From assembly GCA_964016885.1 (NCBI GenBank), contig OZ024740.1, positions 150,660,001 through 150,724,000 of the forward strand: DNA of 64,000 nt, in the 5' to 3' direction. The stretch comes from Eledone cirrhosa (taxonomy: Eukaryota). The position numbers and the translations under genes were made by a program. Shown here in pieces: positions 26,410 through 47,199 of the stretch; position 1 is the stretch's first letter, and each line of letters starts with the position of its first letter. The notes under the pieces are model-generated. The model ran no database searches, was not told where the DNA came from, and was given only the letters and a program-made list of their open reading frames with translations.

Positions 26410-26850
26410 CAGAAGATTCAAAGTGTCACTAGGAGGTCAACCAGGTTCAACCAGAACCCTGAATGATGGCCTACCCCAGGGTTTTGTCCTGACAACAATA
26501 CTCTTTAACATTTACGTGAGTGATATACCCAGGACAACCTCGAGGAAATTTGTATACGCAGATGACCTTGTCTTGGCTACCCAATCTTCTGACCTTGACA
26601 AACTCAACTTTAAGGTCCAACCCAAACAAGACGATCGCGACAGCCTTCCATCTCAGCACCAGACAAGCTATGACGAACTCAAGGTCTCCTGTGGTAGACA
26701 TGTCAAGAATAAACTATGCCCCAACTATTTTGGTGTCTTGGTGTAATATTGGATTGCAGTCTGACCTAGGGAAAGTAGCTAAACAGGTCTACCGGTAAGC
26801 TCAAGACCAGGATTAATATCATCCACAAGTCAGCAGGAAACAGCTGGAGA
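26410..26850 (+). mobile_element. Degenerate non-LTR reverse transcriptase fragment (I/Jockey-like)
   Basis: GLPQGFVLTTILFNIYVSD...FVYADDLVL. Confidence 0.75.
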
Positions 26851-27861
26851 ATAGTGGAGTGTTAGTACGTAGGAGGTGAATGGAAGTAGGTAATTGGATT
26901 TGGTACGCTTTGGTACATTTTAGTACTATTTAAACAAAGATTTTGGTACAATTAGGAAAAGGGTTTCGGCAGCCCTGTTCTGCAGACACGTGCCCATTTA
27001 ACCTTATACATGCAAATACTTAGATACCCGCTTTGGAATAAGCACACATTTTCCCCATGCTTGAAAAGAAGAGACATTTCGCTCACAGAACCACATACAT
27101 ATCAAACACCTTCTTGAACTCCGTTGTGTTGTTCTGCATATCAACTCATCCTTAGAAGGCACTCCCACCGTGACCATCTCAATTGTAGTGGTTATGTAGG
27201 ACAAACTTTGTTTTAATTCCTAAACGTTCGAATCTGCCTGCAACGACACTGATGCCATGCTTTATCGGCTCATAACCTTTTCCTTGGAAAGCGTCGGTGG
27301 TGTGACAAGGGTTGACTTGCATGAATGGACAATTACTGGTCGTCCAGTAAAACCTTGCCCGATCCAGTTCCCTGTTTGGGTATTTCCAGATACAGTCTTT
27401 TGGGCAACCGTCACTAATTGTATCCTTAGGATAGGGCTACATTTTGTGTGGCGTCGTTTTCATATATATGATTGGACTGTGTGATTTATGGAAAATTGGG
27501 TGATGTTTCTAGCTGATCGACCGACCACTAACATGTAGTATATGGTCATGGTGGTATCGATAATCGCGTGCTGTGTGAGGTAATTACGTGTAGTGGTGTG
27601 TTGTGTGTATAGTGGAAGTATAAGGAAGTGTGCAGTATTCTGTATTAATATGTGAAGATGCGTGGTTGCGATTTAAGAAGTGTGTAATTATGTGTGTCTG
27701 GAGTTGTGTGATGGTGTGTGGTAGCCCCATATATAGAGTGGTGGAAGTGGTAGGATTTGGCTAGATGTTGTGATGGGTAGATAAAATAGCAGATTGTGTA
27801 AAGAAGGAGAAATAATGTATTAAGAAAGATGGCAGTTCTAGAAGGGCGGTATTTCTCAGAC

Positions 27862-27865
<4 letters not shown>

Positions 27866-27943
<78 letters not shown>
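27866..27943. repeat. (GA)n microsatellite
   Basis: Direct reading. Confidence 0.95.
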
Positions 27944-27947
<4 letters not shown>

Positions 27948-30900
27948 AATATACACTGTGTCAGTTGGTGGATGTGATTAAAGATAGTGGAAGGAAATGA
28001 GAGGAGAAGATAGCAGGAGGGTAAGATATGGAGAGGTAAAAATGTACACACACACACAAACACACGCGTATATTAGATAGATAGACAAAGAGGCTTACCG
28101 GTTGAGGGAGCGAGAGAAAACATAGCAACATATATATATATATATTTATATATGTATATACAGGTGAATGAAATTGACGGTAAGAAAGTGAAAGATAGAT
28201 TGACCAAAGGGAAGGCAATAGAAAAACAAGATAAACAAGTGTTACGTTAAAGAATTAATGAAATGTAATAGCAGAAGGTGAATAAGGTTCAAGCTATAGA
28301 ATACCAGTATGGAAAGAGGAAGAGAGAAATGGAAGAAGGGAGGAGAGAAAGTATCGTTGACATTGGTGGGAAAGATCGTCAAATGCTTGACGGAAGAATT
28401 TGAAGGAATGTAGATGACAACGAATATATGAAGGAATGCTGACAGCAGAGAATATATTGAAGGAATGCAGACGATAAAGAATATAAAAAAAGAATGAGAT
28501 GGTAGAAAAGAGAATATGGTGCTATAAATGGCAGAGAAGAAAACTAAAAGACAGTAAACGTAGCAAACGAAAGTATAAAGTCGAATATAATAAAAATATA
28601 GTAGGACTCGAGACGAAATCGAGAAGGATAGACGACGAAAGAACATACATTAATGAAGTCAGCTAAAATATAGAAATGGAGATGAATAAGAAAAAAGCAA
28701 AGAAAATGGACGGAATGATAAAATATACCATGGGAACATTAGACGCACACGACATAAATGTTGAATATAGAACAAAGTAAAACAATAAGGGAAGGACTTT
28801 TAGAATAACTAAGACCAAATATTCGTTTATTAACCTGTAAGATATCCGATTTATTTAAGGAATTTTGTTGAGATTTCTCAACTTAACGTTCCCTGCTACA
28901 ATACGAAATGAAGTAGTAGAAATGGCGTCAGGTTGAATTCGCTTAAGCTGTAATTTCTGGGGAGAATTTGAATGAACTGTACCCTTGGAAAATTTGGTAG
29001 TGTAACCTGCATTCCATTCAAAATATGGTTCCATACAGAATGTCTTAATTTATTGGCCGCATTGAGTTATCTGCATGTAATTAATTTTTATCAGTAATCT
29101 GATCGGGTCATTTATAATTTAAGATAGTTTGAAACTGCGAAAATCAGTGGTTGGAGGAAAGCAAAGAAGCACTTTTGTCGGAGATAGTTTGGGTTGTTTT
29201 TGTGTAGTCAGTTTTGATCGAACAGACTCATACGACGCAGTTATTCGACCAAACAAGGAGACAAGATCCACAGATGTATTGTTTCATATATAAAATGCCT
29301 CCGGTAAAGTGAAAGTTACATTGTACATTCCGGCATGTAGCGGATATAATGTTCACTTTGAATATTTTGTATTCTCACTATTTTGTCTGTTATGTCGCTG
29401 GTTTGTGGGTGAGGATTGTGAAAAACCAACCAAGATGTGAAAGAAGCCGTTTTCTGTTGTTTCGGTTTGTCGGTGTTTATGTGGAATGATCGGAAAACCA
29501 GATGAGGTCGGCAAATTTCATTATGGATCAAATGCATTGTAGTTATACAATTGTTGTTGTTTTCTCTGTTTCTCAAATATAGTACATGTAACAATGGGAC
29601 GGCTACGAAGCACGCAGTAAGACTGAAATTTCAAAGTATGTTTTTTTATCGAACAATGTAGCAACACGCTTAAATTATCACTATAAAATAGTTGATAGTA
29701 AATAGGAGATATAACCATTTGTTGTGTGTTAATGCATCAATGCATATTTTATTATGCTTTATATGTGAGCAGTTATTATTGAGAAAGTGTTGTATGAAGC
29801 GACTAGTATTTTTGTCTTTCTGTTGTTCAGTGTCATGTTTAGTTGTATTTTATTCTCTGGTGTTTGTTGGAAAGGACGAAGACTGGGGATTTGGTAGATG
29901 TTATTTTAGGTCTGTTGTCTTTGAGTAACAGCTCCAGCTGAATAATGTTGAGATCAAGTCCATGTGTGTCGCTGTTAGAATGATATGAGCGTATATCACA
30001 CACACAACCAATAACTTCTGCTAATAATGGTGACCCCATTTCAAACACGCAGCCTTAACGAACATTTATCCTTAGGAAAAACAAAGTAATTAAAAAATAA
30101 AAATAATTCAGCACAAACAAACGCTACGAAGTTCGAATATGCAACTTTCTTTCTTCATAAACAACACAGTCTTTGGAGCATAAACAATCATTCTACACCG
30201 CATGGTATACAGAACACATCAATTTTCAGAGCGGATACGAAGGAAGCCGAAAATTTTATTTTCTTATCTACGTGCTTACACAACTACAACAACACATCAA
30301 AGGATATCCATTGCAACATATTGAATTTCTCTTTCAATAAAACATTTCTTACATCTTCAATAATTTCCTTACATTTTCGTTGGTACCATAATAATAGAAA
30401 AAATAACAACAAACAAAAAACAAAACAAGGAAACCAAAATGTTTACACCCAACTGAATGTACGACTATTTTGATGCTACATCAGTTCTGTTCAAAGAACT
30501 TCAAGCCACGTGCAACGACAATAGCATGGGAACACAAAGAAAAAACACATACACTAGAAGAAAAAGAAAACGAAAATACTGACTATGAACTCCAACTGTT
30601 TGGGGCAGTTATATATATTTTTTTTTCTTTATAAAATCTACATTGAATATAAACTCCTAATTGTACCATTTTCCTAATGTTTTAATTCTGTTTCCTGTAC
30701 ATTTAATGATATCTTTAAGTTTAGATATTTTGATTTTTTTCTCCATTATGTTATTACTTCACTTTCATTGTATTTACTGTTTTAAATATTTAGGTGCACA
30801 CGCACACAAACAACCACATTCATTTCAACACATTCCCACACATCAGCATAGCTATCGTATGTGATTGATTTAGCTGGGATTTTAAGAGATATTCTTCTCT

Positions 30901-31192
30901 CTTCTCACTACCTAATACCACCAGAATACTGCTAAAAGAACATTCTAAAGCACACTATTGTTCCCAAATAGTCTAGATCGACTGCACATAACAGATGCAG
31001 TTGCTGCTGCAGTTTTACAACATACGGCCACAGCTATGCTTCAAATTAGTCTCCACTGTCTCAGCTCAATGGGACGGTTATCAAAACTAAGTAGAGCCAC
31101 GCTATGCCCCGTATGTATGTATGTATGTATGTATGTATGTATGTATGTATGTATGTATGTATGTATGTATGTATGTATGTATGTATGTATGT

Positions 31193-31800
31193 CAGGTCAC
31201 CAGTTGGTGCTACTGGTAACATGTATCCCAGTACAACCTGTCCCATGGTCGGGTCGTTGGCGACTAAACTGGCAACTCCACCAAGGTTTCTTGGTGTGGA
31301 GGGTGACTTTGGACATCCTGCAGGACTAAAAACAAAACCTGTCAAAGGGCAAAGGAGCTCTAAAGAGAGTCAATGGCCATCCAAAATCACCGGGAGAGAT
31401 GACCCCTTAGCCTTTGTCAAGGCAGAATTCTAGGAGAAGGAAAACTCTGATATAACACCTTCAACCCTGATGGTATCCAATGATGTTGACTTGTTCTTCT
31501 TTTTGGTAAATATCATCTTGGTTAAGAGAGTGGAACTGGCTTTGTGCAGTGCCTTTGCTCACTATAAAAGCTTCACGGCACAGGCATTGATTTATATCTG
31601 GAGATCTCTCTGCACTTGTCGTCACATGGTACCATGGGCCCAGCACTATGTATCAATAATTGTCACAAGTGTAGTGTTTGTACCAGAGTTTTCAAATCGC
31701 TGGCTGGACTAAAATGTCACACTCATTTAGCTTATCAGTAGGGGTTCTCCTACATGGATATAAAGTAGTGGCCGTACTCGAAAACGAGTTGGCAGCCACC
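31193..31800 (+). mobile_element. Non-autonomous RTE-derived element, copy 4 (full length)
   Basis: Colinear with 1661-2266; preceded by (TATG)n at 31111-31192. Confidence 0.88.
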
Positions 31801-32229
31801 ATGTATATGTGTGTCTATATGTGTATTAGTGTGTGCGTGCGTGTATGTGTACACACACATATATATGTGAAAAGTAAAATGAGATAAATCAAACAATATA
31901 GTACAATGAAGGAATATATTAGTTTAAAGTTTGATGTCGTCGGAAAAGACTTTGAAGGATTCGGACACATGTCCTTCACAACAAGATAGAATAAGAAATA
32001 AAAGAAGAAATAGAAAGATAGGTAGTGAAAAGAGTAAAAAACAGGAAAATACGAGTGAAAGACAGGTCAGTGGGTATCGAAGATATTAGAGAGGCTTTGA
32101 AAGTGAAATAATCCTTGAATATTTTACGTGGATATATGTGTGTAAACTTGCACCACCCACAGAAACCTATCTTTTAATCTAAGTTTCAAGAGGAAAAACC
32201 TCTCTCCTAATGGGATCCAATCGATAACA

Positions 32230-32390
32230 TTCTGATAGCCACGGAACGTAGTTGATGAACTCCCAACTATATCTAGCTGGTAGCATTTAGCTTCTTCCAA
32301 AACTTCCTGCTTCTTACCTGTAGGGTTGTAATGTTCCAGTTAGTAGTTGTTACGGTATGCTCCCTTCCGAACCGTCATTGGGGCCTCAGG
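32230..32390 (-). mobile_element. RTE/Expander AP-endonuclease N-terminal fragment
   Basis: Frameshifted NWNITTL...GKKQEVLEEAKCYQLDIVGSSST. Confidence 0.55.
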
Positions 32391-32742
32391 ATAAGCAATA
32401 TGTGTGCATCTATCCCACGCTTCTTCGAAAAGGGCACAGAGCCATCAGCAGCTTTTGTGTGTGTCACATCGCCTCTCTCTTTTTTATCTTAATTCCTACT
32501 CTCCAGCTCTCTCTCTATCTCTCTTTCTCCCCCTCTCTCTCTTACCCCTTTCTCCTTCGCTATATATAGAGAGAAAAAAGAGAGAGGGAGGGAGAGAGAG
32601 ACGTATATATAATACAGATGTAGTATAAGCATGTTTGAATCATTGATACATTTCTGTGTGTGCGTGCGTGTGTACGTGTGTAAATGCATGCACGAGTATG
32701 TTTGTGTATGTTGTGGTTTCCCAATTTCTTATGTATATATAC

Positions 32743-32928
32743 AATTGTTTCTACTTTAGGCACAAGGCCAGCAATTACCCAGTGCATTAGTGGAACTTTA
32801 TTTTATCGACCCCGTAAGGATGAAAGGCAAAGTCAACCTCGGCGGGATTTGAACTCAGATCGTAAATTGATGTAACTATGCTGGAAAGCATGGCATCTGA
32901 CCCTCTACCGATACTGCCAATCCACCGC
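32743..32928 (-). mobile_element. tRNA-derived SINE (family 1)
   Basis: Same consensus. Confidence 0.9.
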
Positions 32929-34479
32929 TTATATAATGTATTTGTATATTTCAACGCGTTATTGAATCAACAAAAGTGCTTGGCCTACTGGAGACAATAT
33001 AATCTCTCAAAACGTCACTGCCTATTGCCCGACGGTTAATTTTTTTTCGACATTCATTAGAGCCACACCGGAAATAAATGTTGTGCGCAAAGAATTCCAG
33101 TTAACGCGCGTTCTTCGTGAAATAGTGAGATTTCCTTTCCGGAAATTAAAAGCTGCATAACGAATCCGGCGGTCCAAAAACTTATATTTCATATGATGGA
33201 GGAAAATGGAAAAATACGATATATCCGGAATATTTTCGTATGTGAGGATGCCATTGTTACAAAATTGTGTGTGTCTAGGGATTACTTTGATTTGACATTT
33301 TCTGAGCAAATTAAACATATCTGAGGAAAACAGTTGCGTCACAGGGTTATGTGTAAATCTGTGTGATGGATCTCGATCGGTTTCGACAATGAACGTTCCA
33401 GTTGATTCCATTGACAAAATAGCCTGTTCGCAGTATTAACATGGGAGATTCAGCCTGACTGGAGTGTGTGTTAGGCCACCTCCAGTTAATTTGATCAACG
33501 AAGCAGCCTACTCACGTATTCAAGGTGTAAGGGGCTCCAAGAATACTGCACAAACTTGTAAAGCATTAATCTAGTTCCCAGGGAGATTCCCATTGTATGA
33601 CCATGCTGCGCATATTTGATAGTTCTGCGACGCGAAAAAGAATGAAATGAAGTGTCTTGCTCAAGGACGCAATGTGTCACCAGGAATCGATCTTAAAGCC
33701 TTACAATGGTGAGAAGAAATAAACCATGCACTTTTATGTACGGGGTCATATGAATGAATGTATATAATTTCTTTTATTATTTTTTATTTCATAGGTTTCA
33801 GCCATTAGAATGCGACTATACTGATTTATCGTCATCATTTAGTCGATTGTTTGAATGCCAGTAGATATTTTTCAAGTCTGGTAAATATTCAATCTGTTTC
33901 TGTTACGGAACATAAATGCACAGACACAATTGTAACCATAGGCACGGAAACACACACACAAACAAACATACGCAAATGTACACACACACACACACACACA
34001 CACAAATATATACATATCTATATCTCTCTCTATATATATATATGTATATATATATATTTATATATATATTTATATATATATATGTATATATATTTATATA
34101 TATATGTATATATACATGTATGTATGTATGTTTCTGTGTATGTATGTATGTATATAGGTAGGTAGTTAGGTAGGTAGGTAGGTATTTGTATGAAGAAAAG
34201 TCTATTTTAGACATGCACTGAATATATAACTGTGTTGTAGCTTAACAGTTTTAATTATCAAATGTTTTTCATATTATCATATTACTTTTTTCCTGTTATT
34301 CTTTGGAATAGTAATCTCCTAAATCTACCATTTCTAGACGTTTATACTCTTCAGTATAAAGCGATGCTGCCTGTTCATATCTAGTATGTGCAGTATGATT
34401 AGTGTGAACATTACAATCCGAATTTAAATTTTGGGCCTTAGATTTCTGCATCATCAATATATAAGCATCTACATATGCA

Positions 34480-40243
<5,764 letters not shown>

Positions 40244-40248
40244 TCTAT

Positions 40249-40305
<57 letters not shown>

Positions 40306-40320
40306 ATCTATCTATCTATC
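40244..40320. repeat. (TCTA)n spacer between the two Tx1 elements
   Basis: Direct reading. Confidence 0.95.
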
Positions 40321-40522
40321 TTGATAGAGTAAGACACGCTTCACATCGGCTCCGCTATTCCATCGGAATTAACCCTTACTATAGTAAGTACCAGATAACT
40401 TTTTCAGTGCAACACATTTGGAACACTAACCCCTGTTATTTAGGGAAACATTTTTACATTTACCCCCTTTTTAGGGGGTAAAATAAATATCTATTTTGCT
40501 GTAAAATTTCTTTCTTGGCAGC

Positions 40523-42353
40523 ATGGCGGAAAAGATGGCAGACATGTCTGCCATTTGCTCTGCCACGCCCCCCAAGTCTGAAGAACAAAAAATAAATACA
40601 ACAAAACTAGACAACGAAACAAACAAGGAAAATGAAAAAACAAATGTTACGGAAAATGAGCAAACGGAAAACAAACAAACAGAAAATAATAATACAAATA
40701 ACAACAAGGCAACTTTCGCCCAGAAAACAAAACAGTCCATAACATATACACCAATAGACCTAACTGCCGCCAGAGAAAAACTGGCCGAAGCAAAGAAACA
40801 CATTGTTTTGGGGGAGAACGGAATGTTTTCCATTAACTCCCCCCCAGAATTCAAGAAAGCGAGAACAGAGAACACAGTTCTCTTCAGAACAATCCTAAAC
40901 CAAACAAGAAAGCCAGCACAGCCCAGCCAAATGGAGATAGAGTTGGTCCTAAAAGACTATATGAAGAATATTCTCTTCATACGAAAGGACCGACTCTATG
41001 GCAGCATTTCGGTCTTAACGAAAGACAAGGAAACGGCGCAGAAGCTTTCCCTAAGCCCACTCTCATCGACAACATACAGCTTCTATCCCTCCTACATGGG
41101 TAGAAGAACACAGAGAGTAAAAATACAAACAATGCTGCCCACAATGGACTTCTGGTGGGCTATTGCTGGCTTCATAGACATGGGCGAGGACACAGTGCTG
41201 TCAATGGGGAAGGCATCCGGAGATGCGTTCCTAGGAATGGGCCTCGACCTACTAGTCCAAATGAGGCCCGAAAGAATAGCACAAATCCCGGATCGCATCT
41301 GGCTGGATGACCTCACCCCAATAGATATAATTGTAGAGGGGAGAAGATCAGCATGCTATTTATGCACGGAAAGGGGACACATTAAGGCTAACTGCCCGAA
41401 ACGTATCCCCCAAAAAGGACTATTGCCCACACCCACCACAAACAGTACACCAACACCACCCACCTCCAAAAATACACTAATACCACACACAGCAAACAAA
41501 ATACAAACACCACCAAGCACAACACAAACATCACCACCACCAGCACCAAACACAAGCACGACACAAAAATCACCACCACCATCACCAACACAAACACCAC
41601 CACCACCATTACCAACCACAAGCACGACACAAACAGCACCACCACCACCACCACAAAACGCATTCCAAACAAATAATAAAAAAAACAGCAACAAATCTAC
41701 CCCTCCCGCAAAAAAAAACAACCAGACACGACGTCCCTCCCACCTAGCGCTGAAGAGTTTCCCTCAACTTCTGAAGAAGAAGGAGGAGAAGCCTTCAGAC
41801 AAGTTAAAAGAAAAAAAAGAAAGCACACACCCAGCACACCACAAATAACCCACACACAAACACCAACTCCAATAAAAAACACCCCACCCTCAGCAAACAA
41901 AAATAAATCTGCGCCTCCCCTCTCCGAAACATTGACAGCATCACAAAAAAAGACATTGCAATACACATATATAAATAAAGAAAACAAAAAACTGTTTAAA
42001 TTAATAAACAATAGCCCTTTGGTGCAGACCGAAGGGCCAAACTTTATCTCAACAGAGAACTTCACCCATTTAAAAATGATAAAGGTCCCTCTGGACCTTT
42101 ATCGTTCCTTAAAAGAACAATTTAGACAGGACGTGAGCCCCCCTGTTTAAAACCGTTAAATCGCGTCCTCTTGAAAGATTTCCCCATAACCTCCCCTCTC
42201 CCTGACACAACTCCAAACACCCCAACCCCACCACACTCGGGCACCCCCACACCACCACAAAACATCCCTCCACCCAACACACCTGACGCCATGGAAATTA
42301 CACAACCCGGAGAGGTAGGTGCTTTTCTTTCTTCACTTTCAGCACCAAAATAG
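40523..42353 (+). pseudogene. Tx1 ORF1 (gag-like CCHC zinc knuckle, Pro/Thr-rich tail), frameshifted near the 3' end
   Basis: 441 aa ORF with CYLCTERGHIKANCP; continues in 41932-42150 and 42171-42353. Confidence 0.85.
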
Positions 42354-45300
42354 ATCAATTGAGAGTTGGCTGTTTGAACGCGCGTGGCCTGGGCTCAGCT
42401 TGGAAGCAAGCGAAGCTACTAAGTGACCTCAGGTCACGAAGTATAGATGTGATGGTTGTTTGCGAGAGTCGGATCAGCAGCGTGCGACAGCTGGCTCCCG
42501 CCTTCGATGACTTTGAGATGCACGCATCTCTCTGTCAACCCGGAGGCGGGGGGGGGGGGGGAGTTGCCGTTCTGCTGGATAAACGTCTGGCTCTCGACGT
42601 ACAGATTGTTCACTCGGACCCGGGGGGTCGATTACTGGTGCTGGACGTCGGAGGCGGTGAAGGCGGGGCTTTCAGACTGGTCGGTCTTTATGCCCCCTTC
42701 GGGGCTGAAAGAGCCGACTTCTTCCAGCGTCTGGAGACTTTTCTAGGAACGTCGCCTTCCCTGCTTTTAGTGGGGGACTGGAATGGAATCCTAGATGCGC
42801 GTTGGGACTATGCAGGGGCATGTCCCGATAGAGGGGGGTGTAGCAGCCTCAAGGGGTTACTCGATCGATTCGACCTGGTCGATAGATTTCGACTAGATTG
42901 TCCAACTGCGCCAACCTGGACCTGGGCAAACCGCAGTGGACAATCTAGATCGTACCTAGATAGGTTTTTGGTTAGGAGTAAGGATAGGGACGTATTTAGT
43001 TGTCCAGAATTGATCATGGTTGGCTATTCAGATCACAAATTAGTGACCTGCGTGGTCAACCTTGATAGAACGCATAGACAGGGTCCCGGTTACTGGAAGA
43101 TGAACTTGTCCTTGCCGGAAAAGAAAGATTACAGGAACCGGATTAGTAGCTTAGTTAAGATGCGGTTGACGGAAGCGATCGTCAACAGTAGGTGGTGGGT
43201 ATCTCTAAAGAGAGAGATTAGAGTAAGTTCGATAGGTTACAGTAAGGAACTAGCGGCGAATAGAAATAGGAAGGAAAGGGAGTTAACAGATAAACTAGAA
43301 GAGGCGATTAGGAGCGGAGACGTAGCCAGAGTGTTAGCGGCGAGAACGGCGTTGAGCCAGTTCTTTGATGCGAAGCACGAAGGCTGCGTTGTCCGAAGTA
43401 AAATACGTGCTTTAGGAAACGAGGGGACCAAAGCTGTTAGGTGGGCCCGCATGACAGAAGCCAAGAGTGGGATTAAATCCACCATTCGGTCTTTGCGAGA
43501 CCAGGATGGACGGGTGATCCTTGAACCTGAGCGGATGTGCGAGGCCTTTCAAAGGCACTTTGCTCGACTGTTCGGAGGGGGCGGGGGGCCGGACGGGGAT
43601 GTGGACTTTGGTCCATACCTCGACGGTCTACCGCGTCTTTCGAGCGGCGAAGCGGAGTGCTGCGAAAGGCCAATCACAGCCACTGAAATCGGGGAAGCGC
43701 TCAGCCAATGCAGCAGACGCAAATCTCCGGGTCTCGATGGTCTACCATACGAACTTTATTTAGCTATGCCGGTCTTGTTCTCCGAACTCCTCGAGGCTGT
43801 CTATTGCAACTGGCAACAGAACGGGAGAATTCCCTGTTCTGTGACCAAGGGCGTGGTCACGCTAGTGAGGAAGGACGAGAGCAAGGGGGACGACCTAAGT
43901 AACTTTAGGCCCATAACTCTGCTGAATGCAGAGTTACAGATTTTGGCCAAGGTGTTGGCGAAGAGGTTGGCGCTTGTGGTGGGTGGTTTGGTGGGAGACG
44001 CGCAGACATGCGCTATCCCGTCCAGGTCCATTCACGACAACCTCCACCTCATGCGATACATCATAGAGAGGGTTGGCAACGAACCCGGCTTTGGTGGGGC
44101 CCTGATCCACTTGGATCAATCTAAGGCGTTCGATAGGGTCGACCATGGTTACCTGGATGCGGTGCTAGCGGCGGCGGGCTTCGGACCCGTTTTCAGTGTC
44201 TGGATTTCTGCCATGCACAGTGGCAACATCTACTCTAGGATTAAAGTAAACGGCTACCTCTCGGAGCCGTTTCAAATCACCCGGTCCATCAGACAGGGGT
44301 GCCCCCTCTCCTCCCTTCTGTACGTATTGACTCTCGAGCCACTGCTGCGGAAGTTGGAGTTGCTGCGGGGCATACCCCTGGAACCGGGATTGCACAAAGC
44401 GGTCTAGGCCTATGCCGACGACGTAACAGTAATGGTGGCGGACGCCTCGGAAATCGGGGTGATCGCCACCCTACTGGAGGAATACGAAAGGCTGACGGGG
44501 GCTAGGCTGAACCGGGACAAGTCAGTCGGTTTGCAACTCGGAACGTGGAGGGGCAAACCGATGCCGTTAGACGGTGTCGTCGGGAGGTGGACGGAGGGCC
44601 CGGTGAAGCTGCTCGGGGTCTGGTTCGGACCGGACCTCCAGGTGGAGAAGAATTGGGGCGAGGTGACGAGCAGGGTGTTTGCGCTGACCCAGAAGTGGGC
44701 CAAGTGCAAACTATCACTGAAAGGTCGGGCGGAGGTGACGAACGCTTACATAGCGTCCGTCATCTGCTACCGCCTGACCGTCGTGCCTAGCCCCAAGGAA
44801 AAGATCACCATCATGGAACGCATGCTCTTCCAGTTCCTCTGGAAGAAGCGGCCTCCCATGGTGAGGAGATCCATCTGCTGCCAGCACCCTTCGAAAGGAG
44901 GGCTGGGTATGCCGTGGCTGTTGATGCGTAGGCACGCATTGAGGCTACGGCATCTACAGGTATTCCTCACCGGTCAGCCGGTGTGGGCCCCGTTTGTGAG
45001 GCGAGCCTTCCCACAGCTCGTCTCGCTCACCGAGCTGAAAACCTGGGTGAAGCAAAGACCGAGAAAACTGGGCAACTGGCACACCGAGTGTGCCCAGGGG
45101 CTCACGGCTATCTGGCAAGCGGACCCGACTGTCAGTGGAGAATCCACCTCGACATTCTATAGAGGGCTGGTGGCTAGCAGGGGCGACGACACCCTTGGAG
45201 AGTCGCTAGGCATAGAGGAGGACGAACTGGCCAGCCTGTTCGGTAGAATTTTCGGCCCGGGACCAATGGACAACTTCCAGAGGTCCCTAGCCTGGCAGTG

Positions 45301-45791
45301 TTACCGGGGGTCTCTGCCCGTTTGAGAAAAGCTCTACAGACACGGGCGCCCGGGCAGGGATCCAGCGAAAAAGATGACCCAGATGCGTGCGCGACGAGGA
45401 AACCGTTGCGCATGCACTGGTACACTACCCGGGCTTTGCCGATCTGTGGGGCTACGTCGAACAACTGCTGTCGCGTGTGGCGCCGATTCGATTAACCGCC
45501 GAGTCTGTGGTGAACATCAAGCCGCCGCCTCCCTTCAGAAACGAAGCAGAGGCGGTCTTTCTGTGCGTAATAGCCATGATGAAAGAGGTTGTGTGGTGGA
45601 CGCGCCTGAAAGGTCTGAGGTCGGGTGACTTTCTCTCCGGCCATCACCTGGTTTACTTCTTCCGATACCACTTCGGAAGAAGGATCAGGATGGAGAGAGA
45701 AGTGCTTGGCCCCAGACAGTTTTATGAAAGGTGAGTGAAAGAAGCGAGAATGGCTCGTGTAAATGGGCCTTCTCTCTACATTGTTCTGTAG
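42350..45791 (+). pseudogene. Tx1 ORF2 (AP endonuclease, RT, C-terminal zinc finger) with few lesions
   Basis: CLNARGL, VGDWN, SDHKLV, LDQSKAFDRV, IRQGCPLS, AYADD. Stops at 44405, 45323 and 45732, one frameshift at ~45378, and ATA at the expected ATG (42350). Confidence 0.92.
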
Positions 45792-46024
45792 GTGAAGAAG
45801 TGAAGAGGAAAGGGGGAGCGCCTCCTCTCTGGGCTTCCCCCGCGAAAAGGGTTGCACACTTTTCGGGGGTATGTGCAATCCCGAACACGCCCCCTCCCTT
45901 TTGAGGACTTTTTATTATTATATTATTATTGTTATTCCTTTTTTCTTTACTCGATTTATGTAAACTCCCCCACTGTGTATTTGTCCCCTTCTTTTGTGCC
46001 CTCGTGGCAAATAAATAGAAATTG

Positions 46025-46079
<55 letters not shown>

Positions 46080-46114
46080 CTTATGTAGTTATGTACACAT
46101 ACATAAATATATGT

Positions 46115-46217
46115 CTTCTTCTTCTTCTTCTTCTTCTTCTTCTTCTTCTTCTTCTTCTTCTTCTTCTTCTTCTTCTTCTTCTTCTTCTTCTTCTTCTTCT
46201 TCTTCTTCTTCTTCTTC
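46115..46217. repeat. (CTT)n, likely the (AAG)n tail of the adjacent RTE
   Basis: Directly follows the minus-strand RTE 3' end. Confidence 0.85.
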
Positions 46218-46720
46218 CAGCATGTCCTGTCAGAAGCAACCATCTCTAATTGATCAAGCTAGATCCCAAAGCGAGACCAGTTGAGCTCATGGATATTACC
46301 CAACCATCTTACTCAAAGTCTACCCTCGGGTCTCCTGCCGCTTGGTTTTGCCCATAAAATCTGTCCAGTGATTCTCCTTGAGACATTTTAACCACATATC
46401 CGTAATATCGGAGCTGTGATCTCTCAGTTCGGAAAGGTAGTGGTTCTACCTGGAACAACTCTCTGATCTCCGAGCTACGTACTCTATCGTGTAACGTTAA
46501 TCCAAGGACCCTTTGGAGGAACCCCATTTCGGTTGTTATCATATTCTTTCGGTCATTAACCAAGATTCATTACCATAAGTTAATTTTGACAAGAATACCA
46601 TATTGAAGATAGCGAGTTTGGCTTTTACTCGAACCACCCTTCCTCTGGTTACCGAATGCTGAAGCTAGTGCAATAATGCTCCAGCTCGTGCGTCAGCCAT
46701 CTGCATTCCATCACTCAGTA
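46218..46720 (-). mobile_element. RTE (Expander/Rex3-like) 3' fragment
   Basis: EMGFLQRVLGLTLHDRVRSSEIRE...ERSQLRYYG. Confidence 0.85.
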
Positions 46721-47199
46721 ATCTATTGGGATGGAGATTGAGCAATGGGTGAAACTGGTAGCTCCCAAGAAAACTCTCACAACTCAGTGACGTAGCTACG
46801 ACGAAGCGGGTAAACACCGCCTCTAAAAATGCCTAGACTTCACGGTTCCGAGAAAAATACCTAACTGGTGAGTGGTTCGAATGAGACCACCTAGACGCTG
46901 CAATATGGCTATACACATCAAAGACAGCCATACCGCATCGTCCTTTGTGCGGGATGACAAGGGATGCGGTTAGACCTTATGTAGATTTGCTTGTTCGAAA
47001 AATATATTGCAGTCTCCACCCAACGCTGTAAAAACTGGTGATGGGCACGGGAGGTGTGGGGTGAAAGCAAAATACTATATAGACCAGAAATTGAGCCAAA
47101 TTTCTAGGATAAAATAATAACGAGAAATGAATCATGGGTGTTCGAGTACGATTCAGATACAAAACGGCTAAGTTAGGAGTCGCACACGAAAAATTCTCT

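Larger units (their letters stand above)
40321..46021 (+). mobile_element. Tx1-like L1-clade retrotransposon, copy 2 (apparently full length)
   Basis: ORF1, ORF2 and 3' UTR; ends AATAAATAGAAA followed by (TCTA)n at 46026-46079. Confidence 0.93.

Noticed and set aside
28860-30650. Possible host exons or old LINE
   Set aside because: No recognisable motif in any frame. Probably a decayed repeat, but I cannot support a call.
33022-33480. 131 aa ORF as a gene or Tx1 ORF1 relic
   Set aside because: Similarity is too weak to support either.
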